Below are positions 28,857 through 41,929 of a stretch of DNA of 64,000 nucleotides, piece by piece. Source of the DNA: Octopus vulgaris (lineage: Eukaryota); the NCBI GenBank assembly GCA_951406725.2, contig OX597830.1:21204001-21268000 (forward strand). Reading direction: 5' to 3'. Below the pieces are notes generated by a model. It saw only the letters and a list, made by a program, of their open reading frames with translations, had not been told where the DNA came from and did no database searches. Each line of letters begins with the position of its first letter. Positions within the stretch are counted from its first letter, which is position 1. A program made the position numbers and the translations under genes.

Positions 28857-29097
28857 ATATGGGACCAACAAATGTCCATATATATATATATATATATATA
28901 TACCCGTATGTTATAGTAGCAAATAATATAGTATATGTATAGGGCCAATAACATTGTGTATGAATATTTATGTATATATGGGGCCAATAGCATTGTGTAT
29001 GCGTATATATGTGTATTGTCCATGTATGTGTATGCATATGGACCAATAACATTGTGTGTATATTTATATATATGGGATCAACAAAATTGTGTATGTA

Positions 29098-29128
<31 letters not shown>

Positions 29129-29160
29129 GTATGTATATATATGGGGCCTATGGTATTAAG
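28857..29160. repeat. Degenerate minisatellite: ~7 copies of ATATGGGGCCAATAACATTGTGT with microsatellite spacers
   Basis: Core variants at ~28858, 28912, 28940, 28977, 29036, 29070 and 29139. Confidence 0.75.
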
Positions 29161-29884
29161 TATGTGTGCATGCATTCCAATCCTTTGCTTCTGATATATA
29201 ATTTAACTGACAGAAATGAAACTAGATCAGATTTCTGGCTAATTATATGAATCCCTAGGTTATGAGTTCAAATCTTGCTAGCTAAAAATATCGTGGGGTT
29301 TGCTTAATTCTGTTCTATACACTGCCTTCACTTAACAGCTTTAGCTAATAGGAAGGTAATGTTGTTGTTTCAGCCATAAAAGTTAGCAGGATAAACTGGC
29401 ATCCTATACTGAGGTGTCTTGTAAAAACACTAGACAATTATACAATGCTCCCATTGTTTGCAACAGTGAACTGTGCCTCCCTCCTTCTCTCTTTATCTCT
29501 CACTCATCCTCTCCTTGTGGAACCTATCTGGAACTAATTTGGTTGAATATATTGTATTTGCTGGGCTACATATTGCACTGTCTGTAGAATCAGAATCCAA
29601 CCCCTTCAGCTCCTTAAAAACCATGGACCAGTAGCCTAATATTCACCAACCTTGTATATCCTAGCTATTCTTTGCTCATTTTTCGCTTTATGCAAATTAC
29701 TCTGGGCCATAAATGTTGCTTATTCCTATTTTTGTGTATATGTCTCAGTCTCATGTTCGCTGGAGTTAAGATTAGGCAACGCTGTGCTGATGATGCCCAT
29801 TGAGGCTGAAAAGTGTTTACAGTTGTCCTCTTGCCTCCTAAAAAACCAACAACCCAAAACAGGTTGTCATTTTCGTTAATGATC

Positions 29885-30475
29885 TGTCAGTTCCTAATGC
29901 ACCAATTATCACAAGTAAAATCTTTTAAAGATTTCACATTCCAAATCCTCACAATCTCAAATTTTAAGGGGTTGTAGTTCTTCAACTTTCCATCTGCTTG
30001 ATCGACATGATGGATCTCAGTCAGTAAACAAATTCAATTTTCCTTGTTTATTCCTGTAATATCTGGTTTGTTATGTTCCATCTTATCTATCTCAGTGGGA
30101 AAATTCCACAAGATCTTGCATGTTCCCAACTGAAGCACTCTTTCTACCTGATGATGGTATCATGTACTTCTTTGTTCAAACACCCATTTTTCACAAAGCT
30201 TCCAGTGTAAAACATTTACAACTTATATTCTTCTTAGGCCAAATTGAGGCATTCTGCAACAATGTATGCCATTGTTTCATCCCAAATTCCATACACCCTA
30301 CGTTTTGCTGAGACCTCCATGCCATATAGGTATTTTCTCAAATTGTTTGTTAACAATGCTTCATCTTGAGCTGCTATAATAAGGCTTTCTGTATCTTTTT
30401 CCAATTGTCCCTTTTCCAGCCAAGCCCAGGATTTTGTTCCACACACATCTTCAGTGGCTTTCCAAAACTTACCAT
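29885..30475 (-). mobile_element. R4/Dong-clade (RLE) non-LTR retrotransposon C-terminal remnant
   Basis: Translates with stops and frameshifts to SWAWLEKGQLEKDTESLIIAAQDEALLTN..(decayed CCHC)..ETMAYIVAECLNLA*EEY..CKILWNFPTEIDKMEHNKPDI..LKFEIVRIWNVK..VIIGALGT: the AAQDQAL motif, zinc knuckle and PD-(D/E)xK endonuclease. Confidence 0.85.
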
Positions 30476-31418
30476 GCTGCTGCTTTTTCTACTACTACTA
30501 CTACTACTACTACTATTTTTTAAGTTTTATAAATTCATCAAATTTATTGTCACCATTATCCTTCATCTTTATCATCATCAGCAGCAATAATCCTGACTGT
30601 TATAAGATTAAGTCTTACATTAACTGAATGTCCTTTCCTTCACATTTTCCAGTATTCAGTCACAGAAATACCAGTAAGATATTGGGGGTAGAATTATTAT
30701 GCATGTGTATTTGTATATTATATGTCTACTTCCATTGCCTGTCTTATAAATGTTTTTTTTTTTAAATCTGAAGTTCTCAATGTGAATTAACAATATATCG
30801 ATAGCACCAACATACATAAAGATTCTCTTTGTGGCAACTCGCTAGTTATAATAGTAATAGATCATAAAGTTAATAATAATAATGACGATGATGATGATAA
30901 TAATAGTAGTAATAATAATAATAATAATAGTGATAATGGTATTGGTGAGAATACTGATGATAAAAAACAAAATACTACTGTAGCTTTGAAAAGATTTTTA
31001 TTTTAATTTCTTTATATATTAATCTTCTCCTTGTTTTCCTACTTCCTCTTTCTTTTTCTCTCTTGCTCTCTCTTTATCTATCTATCTGTCTCTCTCTCCC
31101 TATCTTGATTGTATTTGTCTTTCCTTGAATCAATGTCACTTGGCTTCGGAGGTGAAGTAAATTAGTTTTTACTACCACCACCAACACCACTACTACTACT
31201 ACTACCACTCCTCCTCCTCCTATTACAACTACTTATAAAAATAATAATAACAAATATAGGCTATATAAATAAAGTAGGGGTTGTGAGTGATGAGAAATAT
31301 GTCAATGTGCAAATGTATATGTGTGTGTATATATTTATATATATATATACATATATATATGTGTGTGTGTGTGTATATGTATGCATATATGTATGTATAT
31401 ATGTGTATATGTATGTGA

Positions 31419-31455
<37 letters not shown>

Positions 31456-31518
31456 TATATGTGTGTATATGTATATAGTTGATTAAAATAAATAAAATAA
31501 AATAAAAGGTTCAAACAC

Positions 31519-31561
<43 letters not shown>

Positions 31562-32026
31562 CTTTATCACCTCCAAGATTTTTTTTTGTTTTTTTTTATA
31601 GCATATCTCTTTTCTCCCAGTGATATATTTCATATTGAAGCTCTTTCATATACACATATGTGTACAAACATTGTGTGTGTATGTATGTATATATATATAT
31701 ATGTATGTATGTATATATATATATATGTATGTACACACACAGATATGTATAAATAAAACAAATGTACATTATGCATGTATTTTGCGTGTATATATATATA
31801 TATATATACATGCATATATATGTATGTATATATATATATGTATATACACACATATATGTATGTATGTATAATGTAAATTGTCATCATCATCATCATCAAT
31901 AATATCTGTGTTATAAACCAACATAAACAAAACCAGGGACTTAAATTTTTATTGTCTGTCTGTGTATATATTTTTATGTATGTTTAGATTCATGTGTGTA
32001 TGCTTTGTTGTCATTTGTATATACTA

Positions 32027-32068
<42 letters not shown>

Positions 32069-32486
32069 ACTTGTGTGTGTGTGTGTGTGTGTGTCACAAG
32101 GACAAAATTAAATCAACATCAGCCTTCTCTGCCTTATTTATTATAGTGCATTTCAGGGAAAACCTTTTTTTTCTGTTTTATTGCTCAAGGGTTGGTGGGG
32201 TCATTTTTATTTTGTCTTTCTTTGTTTTGGTGTGGTTTTTGAATGTTGTGTATATGTAGAAAGGTGATCACATATATATGATATATATGTATATTTATGT
32301 GATAGATATATATACATATTTATGTATATATATAATATCTATCATATAAGTCATATGTATGTATGTGTGTGTGTGTATCATATACATATATATCATACAT
32401 ATAAAAATTTTATGTGATATATAATATATATATATATATGTATCATAATATATGTATATATATCATACATATGAAAATTTTATGTG

Positions 32487-32543
<57 letters not shown>

Positions 32544-32933
32544 TTCATACATATAAAAATCTTATATGTATGTACATATATATATATGCGTTTGCCTAGG
32601 CTTAGACATTTTATAACTCCCCTTCCCACCAAAAAATTAAATTAAATTTTTTTTTTGAATCGTATATAATAATTCTTTTTTTTTTTTTAATATTTTCTTT
32701 CAAACTAAATTCTTGTACTTACTTACTTTTTCACTTCTTGTTATTATTGCCAAAGTGTGAAAGGGTACATGCATCATGACCTCCCACCCTAAAAAATAAA
32801 AAAAATTAACACCTATAAAAAATTGCGAATATATAGATAAAAAAAAAACAAGGGTGCTTTTCAATTATTGAAATGTGCTCGTCCCTTCCCTCTTCTTTCC
32901 CTCCTTTTTCTGTTTCCTTATAAAATGCAACGC

Positions 32934-32952
32934 AATAATAATATCAATAATA

Positions 32953-33003
<51 letters not shown>

Positions 33004-33018
33004 TCAATAATAATAATG

Positions 33019-33082
<64 letters not shown>

Positions 33083-33108
33083 TAATAATAATATCAATAA
33101 TAATAATG

Positions 33109-33155
<47 letters not shown>
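32934..33155. repeat. (AAT)n microsatellite with higher-order interruptions
   Basis: ~220 bp of AAT; the unit ATCAATAATAATAATGAT recurs at ~32943, 33003 and 33093. Confidence 0.95.
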
Positions 33156-33741
33156 CCCGAAATATTTCATCGTTATTTTTAGTTTATCTTACTTAAAAGA
33201 CAATAATCAGCTTAATTCTATCTTTTTTTTTCTCCATGTTTTTATTATATTATTGATTAATTTATCGTTGTATATTAAAAATGAAAATAAAAACAGTAAT
33301 GATAATGTAATTAATAAATAAAATTAATAATAATAAGGTAAATATTTTTCTAATAGTGTAACACCCCCTACACACACATGTAGATATCATTAAAATACTA
33401 TCAGCATCAAGAACATTACAGAATAAATGGGTTTGACATTGGTTTTTTTTTATGTGTACATCTGAATGTGAATTCATCTGTGTGTGTGTGTATGAGTGTA
33501 TAGACATCTGCATATAAAATATGTGTGCGTATGTATATATGTATATTATGTATGTGTATGAACATATATATAATTAAATGCATGCATATACATACATATA
33601 TATATATATACACACACATTATATAGATATGTTTATACGTATGTAGCGATGTTGTATGCATGGTAAATGGAATCCATATTTAATAACAAAATTAAAAGTA
33701 AACATCTAGCAGCTCTTTAAAAATTATTTCTTTGGGCTGAA

Positions 33742-33792
<51 letters not shown>

Positions 33793-34173
33793 GTCTGTCT
33801 TTCTCTCTCTTGCTCTCCCTCTCTCTCTTTCTCACTGGTTCATTTGAGGGAGGAGGAAGTCTAGTAAGTCAAATCTTTTGTTTATTTTTTTTTCCATTTT
33901 TAATTCTTAAATTAACGTTTTCACTTCATTACACACATACTAAAAAAAGAAAAAAAAATATTTCCAGTGTGTTTACATTTGTTTCAAAAATTACTATGTC
34001 AGGAGGTGTGAATTGAATTGAACGATGACATTTGTAGTAGTAGTAGTAGCAGTAGTAGCAGTAGCAGCAGCAGCAGCAATAGTGGTAGCTGATGAGGATA
34101 AGTGGACAAGTTTGTTGGACTATCTTATTTTGCCATACCATTCCAAATACATACAAACACACACATGTGTATC

Positions 34174-34214
<41 letters not shown>

Positions 34215-34521
34215 TTGCTATTCAACCATTCCTTATTTTCCAGCATTTATTCCATTCATATACTTTTCTAATATACAGAGATCCTTCTTGTAAAATCCAA
34301 ACACAAACATACATGGTGGTGCCCCTGCATGGCCACAGTCTTATGACAGAAACAAGTAAAAGATAAAAGATATGTTTCAGTCATGGATGTATACTGTCAA
34401 GTCTGTAGCAGGATGAGAAGGAAGATGAAGAGAAATTATTGCACAGATATTGGCCATTTTATGAAAATTCTCCAGGCATATACCTGTCTACAATACCCTA
34501 ATTAGTTTGTAGGTGTGATAG

Positions 34522-34824
34522 GTTTGTTCCTTCTCGAGCCATGCCTGGCTCATTGGGGACGGTTTCTTGGTTTCCTTGGTGTATAGGTTCCCCACCTGGA
34601 TGGGACGCCGGTCCGTCGCAGGTGAGCTGCAAGATGCAGGAGGAAAGAGTGAGAGAAAGTTGTGGTGAAAGAGTCAGCAGAAGTTCGCCATTACCTTCTG
34701 CCGGAGCCGCGTGGAGCTTAGGTGTTTTCGCTCATAAACACACACATCGCCCGGTCTGAGATTCGAACCTGCGATCCCTCGACCGTGAGTCCGCTGCTCT
34801 AACCACTAGGCCATGTACCTCCAC
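34522..34824 (-). mobile_element. SINE family C (tRNA-derived), young full-length copy with 11-bp TSD
   Basis: Sense head gtggaggtacatggcctagtggttagagc (A box)...ggttcgaatc (B box); TSD aggtgtgatag at 34511-34521 and 34825-34835; CpGs retained. Confidence 0.9.
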
Positions 34825-36272
34825 AGGTGTGATAGCACTGTACAATTTCAGTCCAAGATTGCAGTTTCTAACAGCCCTGTCTTCCCTTATCTTAAAAAAA
34901 AATTTGTCTAGATCCTACTGTTCACAAAATTTATGAACTATCATTAATTTTTTCTAAAATGTAATTTTAATGTTTATTTTTTTTTTTTTTTAGTGGGTTT
35001 AAAATTTTTTATATTCATATATCTCTATGCTCTATTAGTAATTGAGATGGTGAAGTTTATGTCACTTTTAATGGCCCCTTTTTAGAAATATATATGTGTG
35101 TGTGTATGTATGTAGCTACATCTGTGTGTATGTATACAAGAAATAAAAAATGAAAATAAAAAATAAAACCCAATGTGCTTTCATTTAGAAGTCAGTCCTA
35201 AATTTTTGTTAGGGTCTGACTTGCTCTGGACACTTCATATTTCAAGCCCCTTTCTTTTACTTGTTAACAAGTGGTTTAGATGGCAAGGTTTTCTCATAGA
35301 ACATACTGCTGTACCTTCTTCAACATATAGACTAGCCATTTTATGTATTTGAACCTTAAAGAATTGCTTGGAAGCACACAGCATGACAATATAAATCTGT
35401 TGGTTTATCATGCCTCCACAGCAAGAAACTAATAATAGCTCATATCTAAGTACTGTGTATATTAAAAAATATTTACCTCTACTTGATTGGGTACTTTTTT
35501 GTTGATCCTACCAATAGCAGAACAGTAAACTATATATATTATATATGCATATATCCATATCTTCTCTTTTCTTTTCATCACTTCTAACCTATCTACTTTT
35601 TTTTTTCTGGTTCAGACACCCCAATTTTTTTTTCTTTAATAGTTGGATAGACACCACAAAAATATATTGTTGGTTATGTAAATTTTATTTATATTTTGTA
35701 ACTCACTCTGCCCTATTTTCTTCATGTTTTCCTCCTAACCCCCTTCTAAATTAGAGAATGTATAAAAATCTGTAAAACTATAAAACTCTACTCAGAGTCT
35801 TCTCTCTCTTCCTATCCATCAGTTACTATTTCAATTCACCATTTTCTCAATCCTTCTGCCCCTGCACCTACAACCCTCTGAAATCTACAATTTAAATTCC
35901 TTAAATGTCTCAACATCAATTCCATCTATTTTGCCCATATGTCAGTAACCTTAATCCAGGAAGAAAGCACCAAAGGTTTGCAAAGACCAGTCACTGGGTC
36001 TTTTATTCCTTTACCGTTATTTTCTGTTTCTCTTTCTCTCTCAACTTCTACATTCTCTGTTTTTTGGATTTAAAATGCCTATTCTGTGGTATTCTTTACA
36101 TTCTCCAGCCACTCTCTCTTCCATTTTCCAATTCAAAACCAAAATTTGATAGATAAAATGAAAAGAATGTTTTTTGTTGCTTTTTTTTTTTTCTCTGACC
36201 ATTCCTTTGATATTGTTTAAGAAATCCGGTCAAAATGAGGGTTTAAGTTAAAAAAAAAATGTCTCAACTTAT

Positions 36273-36688
36273 AGGCGCAGGAGTGGCTGTGTGGTAAGTA
36301 GCTTGCTAACCAGCCACATGGTTCCGGGTTCAGTCCCACTGCGTGGTACCTTGGGCAAGTGTCTTCTGCTATAGCCTCGGGCCGACCAAAGCCTTGTGAG
36401 TGGATTTGGTAGACGGAAACTGAAAGAAGCCTGTCGTATATATTTATATATGTATGTGTGTTTGTTTGTGTGTCTGTGTTTGTCCCCCCTAGCATTGCTT
36501 GACAACCGATGCTGGTGTGTTTACGTCCCTGTCACTTAGCAGTTCGGCAAAAAGAGACCGATAGAATAAGTACTGGGCTTACAAAAAAAAGAATAAGTCC
36601 CGGGGTCGAGTTGGTCAACTAAAGGCGGTGCTCCAGCATGGCCGCAGTCAAATGACTGTAACAAGTAAAAGAGTAAAAGAGTAGAGTA
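36273..36688 (+). mobile_element. SINE family B, young full-length copy
   Basis: ggcgcaggagtggctgtgtggtaag (A box)..gggttcagtccc (B box)..gtggtaccttgggcaagtgtctt (CORE-like)..internal (TA/TG)n..ctccagcatggccgcagtcaaatgact..(gtaaaaga)n tail. Confidence 0.9.
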
Positions 36689-37193
36689 AACTGAATCTGA
36701 CTTCCTTGCTCTTTGCCCCACTGTAAAACATATTGCTAAACTATTTAGATCCTTATGATAATAATAGTAATAATTATTATAATTATCAACAATGATAATG
36801 AGGATAATTAATGTTGAATTATAATGATGTTCTTCTCATCTGAAAACTGAAGAATTTACAGTTAATGTTCTTTCAACTTTGGTCAGGTATGAGTCTGTTT
36901 ACCTGTCGGTATGTGTTTATGTGTATGTACCTATGTACACATATTGATGGGTTTCTGTGTCTTCAAGAGAAACCATTATCAGAATGTCATACCAGAATTT
37001 TATTGCAAGCTATTTACACAGTAACCCAGTCACACAAACATTGCCCACAATTGTCCCTGTTTGTGTACTCAATAAGGGTGCGAACATCAATGCTGTCAGT
37101 CATTATACTGGAAACATTAACCAAATTTCCTTCAAATCACACTCCAGTTTCTTAATTAAACAAGGAAAACATGAGATAATATGTATGCTTATA

Positions 37194-37226
<33 letters not shown>

Positions 37227-37227
37227 C

Positions 37228-37495
37228 ATCATCATCATCATCATCGTTTAACGTCCGCTTTCCGCGCTAGCACGGGTTGGACGGTTTGACCGGGTCTGGG
37301 AAGCCCGAAGGGCCGCACCAGGCTCCAGTCTGAATCTGGCAGTGTTTCTACAGCTGGATGCCCTTCCTAACGCCAACCACTCCGTGAGTGTAGTGGGTGC
37401 TTTTTACGTGCCACCTGCACAGGGGCCGGAGGGTCCGGCATCGTCACGATCGGTTCGAGCATTTTAACGTGTCAGCGGCACGGGGCAACGAGGTC
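37228..37495 (-). mobile_element. SINE family F 3' portion with RTE-like tail ending in (GAT)n
   Basis: Sense ...ggttggcgttaggaagggcatccagctgtagaaacactgcc...gcggacgttaaacgatgatgatg; CpG-rich, so a young insertion. An 18-bp tandem (gggtactttggggatcc x2) lies at its truncated 5' end. Confidence 0.75.
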
Positions 37496-37545
37496 GGGGT
37501 ACTTTGGGGATCCAGGGTACTTTGGGGATCCGGTACTTAGAATGA

Positions 37546-37589
<44 letters not shown>

Positions 37590-37776
37590 GGGCTGTTATT
37601 TCTAACTGGAACAAAACTCCATCATTGGAAGTTAGAATTTGGATAGTCTCATCAGTCTTGGATAAGTCTTGTATATTTTCACCATTCCACTTTTTGCTTC
37701 AGATAAGAAAATATACGATTACTGGTGTCTAATATATACATACATACATAAATACATGCACACACACATCATCATC

Positions 37777-37807
<31 letters not shown>

Positions 37808-38214
37808 TATACCCATATATACATAGATAAATACATATGTTGAATCATTCTTATGTCCTTTTATCCATGCTACCATGTGTTACATGAATATATTGTTTAA
37901 GGCATTGTTTTACAGCTGGGTGCTTTTCCTGTCACTAATCTTTACCTGATTTTCAAGTAAAGCAATTTCTTATGCTATGCATTTCCAAATGAGCAAAACC
38001 TGTAGACAATTTGTTTACACGGGGGAAATGACAACAACGTCATTGTTTCTAGCTCATGCAGATTTTCAGTGGTAACTCTGTGCAACTGTACTTAAAAAGT
38101 CTGGTGCGATACCTTTCTGAGAGGGCTGAATGTTTAAATAGGCAGGTGTCTGTTCAAATTTTTACTCTTTCTTTTTAATAAGTCTAAAATGTCACATACA
38201 GCAGTATATATTTG

Positions 38215-38254
<40 letters not shown>

Positions 38255-38987
38255 CATTATTATTATCATTATTGCAATTATATATATATATATATAATAT
38301 ATCTATTTTATATGCATATATATGATATTAATAATATTATGGGTTTAATATTATCTGCATTAGGTGGGATTTTTTCTCCTACTTTCTCTTTAACATGTCT
38401 ATATATATATATAATATACTCACCTATATATATATATGTCATTAATATATCATTGTATTTACGGTAGTATTGTTATTGTTTACATTTTTTTTCAATTATG
38501 CTAATAATGCTCTCTTGCAGTTTCTTGATAAATAAAGGAATTGCATTGAGTGGGTGGGGGTGACCGGGGGTTCTTTTTTTCCCTTTAAATTCATTTTCAT
38601 TGCCCTTTTTTTAGCATCTAGCATGCTTATATAAAAAGATAGCTTTTTATATATTTTTTTAAAGTCTAATTAATTGGCTGTGTGAGAGGTTAGTCTTTCC
38701 TTTATAAGGTCATGTGTTATGATCACATGACCAAAAGCTAACCTCCCTCTCTCTCTCTCTCACTCTCAGATGCATGTATATCTTGCTTATGTCTTTTGTA
38801 TTTATATATGTGTGTGTCTGTTTCCTTCTGTGAGGTTCTTTTCCTGATTCTTCTTTGAGAGAACTTCCAATCCTTCCCTCCCCACCACAAATACCACTAA
38901 AAAAAATTTTTTTTTTTAAATTCCTAAAACTTTCCATTCCCTCTTAAAAATATTTCTTATACACCCATCCGTCTCCTTACCAACTTT

Positions 38988-39025
<38 letters not shown>

Positions 39026-39039
39026 GAGCATTATTCACT

Positions 39040-39250
39040 AGGGCGGCGAGCTGGCAGACAAAATTCTTATTACCATTTCTTCCAGCTTTATGTTTTGGGT
39101 TCAATATTCCACTGTGGTCAACTTTGCCTTTCATCTTTTTGGGGTTTAGTAAAATAAGGACCAGCTCAGTACTAGGGTCGAAGGGACCGACTTGCTTTCT
39201 CTCCACTCCAAATTCCAGGCCTTGTGCCTATAGTAGAAAGGATTATTATT
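39040..39250 (+). mobile_element. SINE family A copy
   Basis: agggcggcgagctggcagac...gtcaactttgcctttcatc...ggccttgtgcctatagtagaaaggattatt. Confidence 0.85.
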
Positions 39251-39458
39251 AATAGTATTGTTATTACAACTATTATCGTTATTTTTATTATACTTATTAA
39301 TGGTTCTCCTTACTTATTCCAGAAAGAATATAGAATTGATGAGTTTTGTCTCAGAGTCCAACCACATGTATGTATGTGTGTTTGTGCATAATCATATTCA
39401 TATATATATAAAAATATATATATATATGTATGTGTGTATGCATATATATATATGTATG

Positions 39459-39513
<55 letters not shown>

Positions 39514-40797
39514 GAAGAGTGGGTTTTCAAAAAAAATTAATATTATTACTAACATTTATTAAAACAATGGAAAAAAAATAAAATAAACCTGACCAAAACA
39601 AATATTTGTACCATAAAACTACTACTACTAATAATAATAATTATAATAATAATAATGATGATAATAAGTAAAACTGATAAACCATTATTAAAGCAATAGT
39701 AACCAACAAACAAACAAAAAATGTAAAAAAAAACATAACAAACAAAGCTTTCAATTGTTATAAAAAATATATAAAAATTCTTTTTCTTTAGTTTATTTTA
39801 AAAGAATTTTTTTGTTTTTTCTTTTTGTAATAAAAGCGATGAAAAAATTGAAGTTTATGTAAAAAAAAATATATATATATAAAAATTTAAATAAATTTTT
39901 TTTTTTTAAATTACATACTGAAAAAACAAAAAAAAAAAAAAAATCAAAAGCGGGGTGCATTATTTGACCAATCAGATTTCAGTGTATTTTTCTAATCTTC
40001 CATTGTACGTTGTCTGTTTTCTGCGGCTTTTCTGGAACATTCTCTTTTAAATCTTGCATATATTCCTCACATCAAGTACTTTTGGGGGAGTTTCTGTTTG
40101 TTTTTAAATATACATACATATATATGCATATGCATATGCATATGTATATGTATGTATCTGTATGTATGTGTGCATATGTATACATAGGTATGTGTGATGT
40201 CCTTTGGTGTATGTGTGTGTGTATAATACTGTGCTTACTTATAAACTCAACTAAAATGCATGTGTTTGTACATATGTAAATTTTGTGTGTATGTGTATGT
40301 ATGTGTGCATTAGTAAAATGAATATTTCAATGCATTGTATGTATATAATTTCAATTAGGATATTATTTGTCATTGAGCAAAAAGTAATTCATGCATACAT
40401 ATATACATACATATATATATATATGTATGTATGTATGTATATGTATATGCGTCTCTTTTTTTACAATATTAATGAGAGAATTGAAATGAAGCTAATCCTC
40501 TGAAACTGGCCTGTAAATTCTAAACTTTTCAGTAAAAAAAAAATAATTATAAATAATAATAATAATAATATGTTGGGGAGGCGGGGATTCCTATCTTTTG
40601 TGTATAAATGTACATGTGTGCATGTATGTCTGTGTGTGTGTTTGTGCGTATGTAAATGGTGAATGGATGGATATTTTATCCGTATTACTAATTACTTTAA
40701 ACTTGCTTGTAAAACAAAAGAAAAAAAAATAGAAAAGAACCAAAATAAATTTAAACCAAAAAAAAAAAAATCAAGAAAATGACAAAACAAAAATTTG

Positions 40798-40836
<39 letters not shown>

Positions 40837-41130
40837 ATATATATATGTATATATGTGCATGTATGTATAAGCATGTATGTATATGATTCATTCTTGTAAA
40901 ATAACAATTTCCTGGAGAGATAAAACAAATGAAAAGAAAAGTAAAGATAATACAAACAACAAACAATAAAAAAAAAAAGCGTTTTTAACAAAAAAATATT
41001 CCAATATAGAATTACTGTATTATAATGTGTAAAATGTTTCATTGGTATATATGGAAATGGTTATATATTATTTTGTTTTATTTTTTTTTAAATTTTTGTT
41101 CATATATGTTATATATATATACATATATAC

Positions 41131-41167
<37 letters not shown>

Positions 41168-41720
41168 AATATACTCAGTTTTTTTTAAAAATATATATGC
41201 AGTGAGTGTGTGGCCATGAAGTGCATATGTCAGAAAGTCACCATTTTCCCTTTGGTGCCTACAAACAAACACACACACACACACACACACATATATGCTT
41301 GTCCACAAGCTACACTTGCACACATACATACATACACACATACATATCCATAACCCAATTTTGTAAATTTTCTCTTCTCTCTCTCTCTCTTTTCCTCTCT
41401 CTCTCTCTTTGAGTGTTTGCCTGGTTTTGTGCATTCTTAGGTCAACAAAACTGTTCCATTGCAGTGTGACCTTTGTCTGCCAAGGATGAGTGCATTTCTA
41501 GTCACACATAATGTTTATTATTATTATTATTATTATCATTATTATTATTATTATTATTATTATTTTGAATATTAATACAACAAACTTCATTTTGTTTGTC
41601 TTGTTGTATTTCCAATTACTATCATTATTTTTTTATTACTATTAATTCTTTGTTTTTCTCTTCCTTCTTTCCATGTTATTATTATTACCATTATTATTAT
41701 TATGATTATTATCATTACAT

Positions 41721-41765
41721 AATAAAGATTCTTTCTACACTATAATACCTTGTTTTTTTTTTTCA
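41721..41765 (+). terminator. Candidate cleavage/polyadenylation site
   Basis: AATAAA at 41721-41726, then a GU/U-rich tract (ttgtttttttttt) starting ~24 nt later; located at the edge of the CpG-poor domain. Confidence 0.35.
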
Positions 41766-41929
41766 ATTTCTTTTATCCTTTTTTCTTTACACAATATTCA
41801 CTAACATGTACACATTTATGTTTGTGTGTATGTGCTTGTGGAGGTTTGTACCTGTATGATTATATGTGTGATTGCATGTGTGTATATATGTGTGTGTGTG
41901 TGTGTCTTTTATTTGTTTCAGTGAAGTAC

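Noticed and set aside
28857-29160. CRISPR-like repeat/spacer appearance
   Set aside because: Eukaryotic context, degenerate repeats, low-complexity spacers and no cas genes.
34750-34824. tRNA-like sequence with A and B boxes (also 62640-62708 and 36273-36340)
   Set aside because: These are SINE heads continuing into SINE bodies, in one case with a clear TSD; no complete acceptor stem.
36217-36505. Recurrent peptides such as [23 protein letters not shown] and [23 protein letters not shown]
   Set aside because: They recur because they are antisense translations of SINE B copies, not a protein family.
300-41900. Many TGTAHATA (Pumilio) and TGCATG (Rbfox) motifs
   Set aside because: Expected by-products of TA/TG/CA microsatellites; enrichment cannot be claimed without a matched background.
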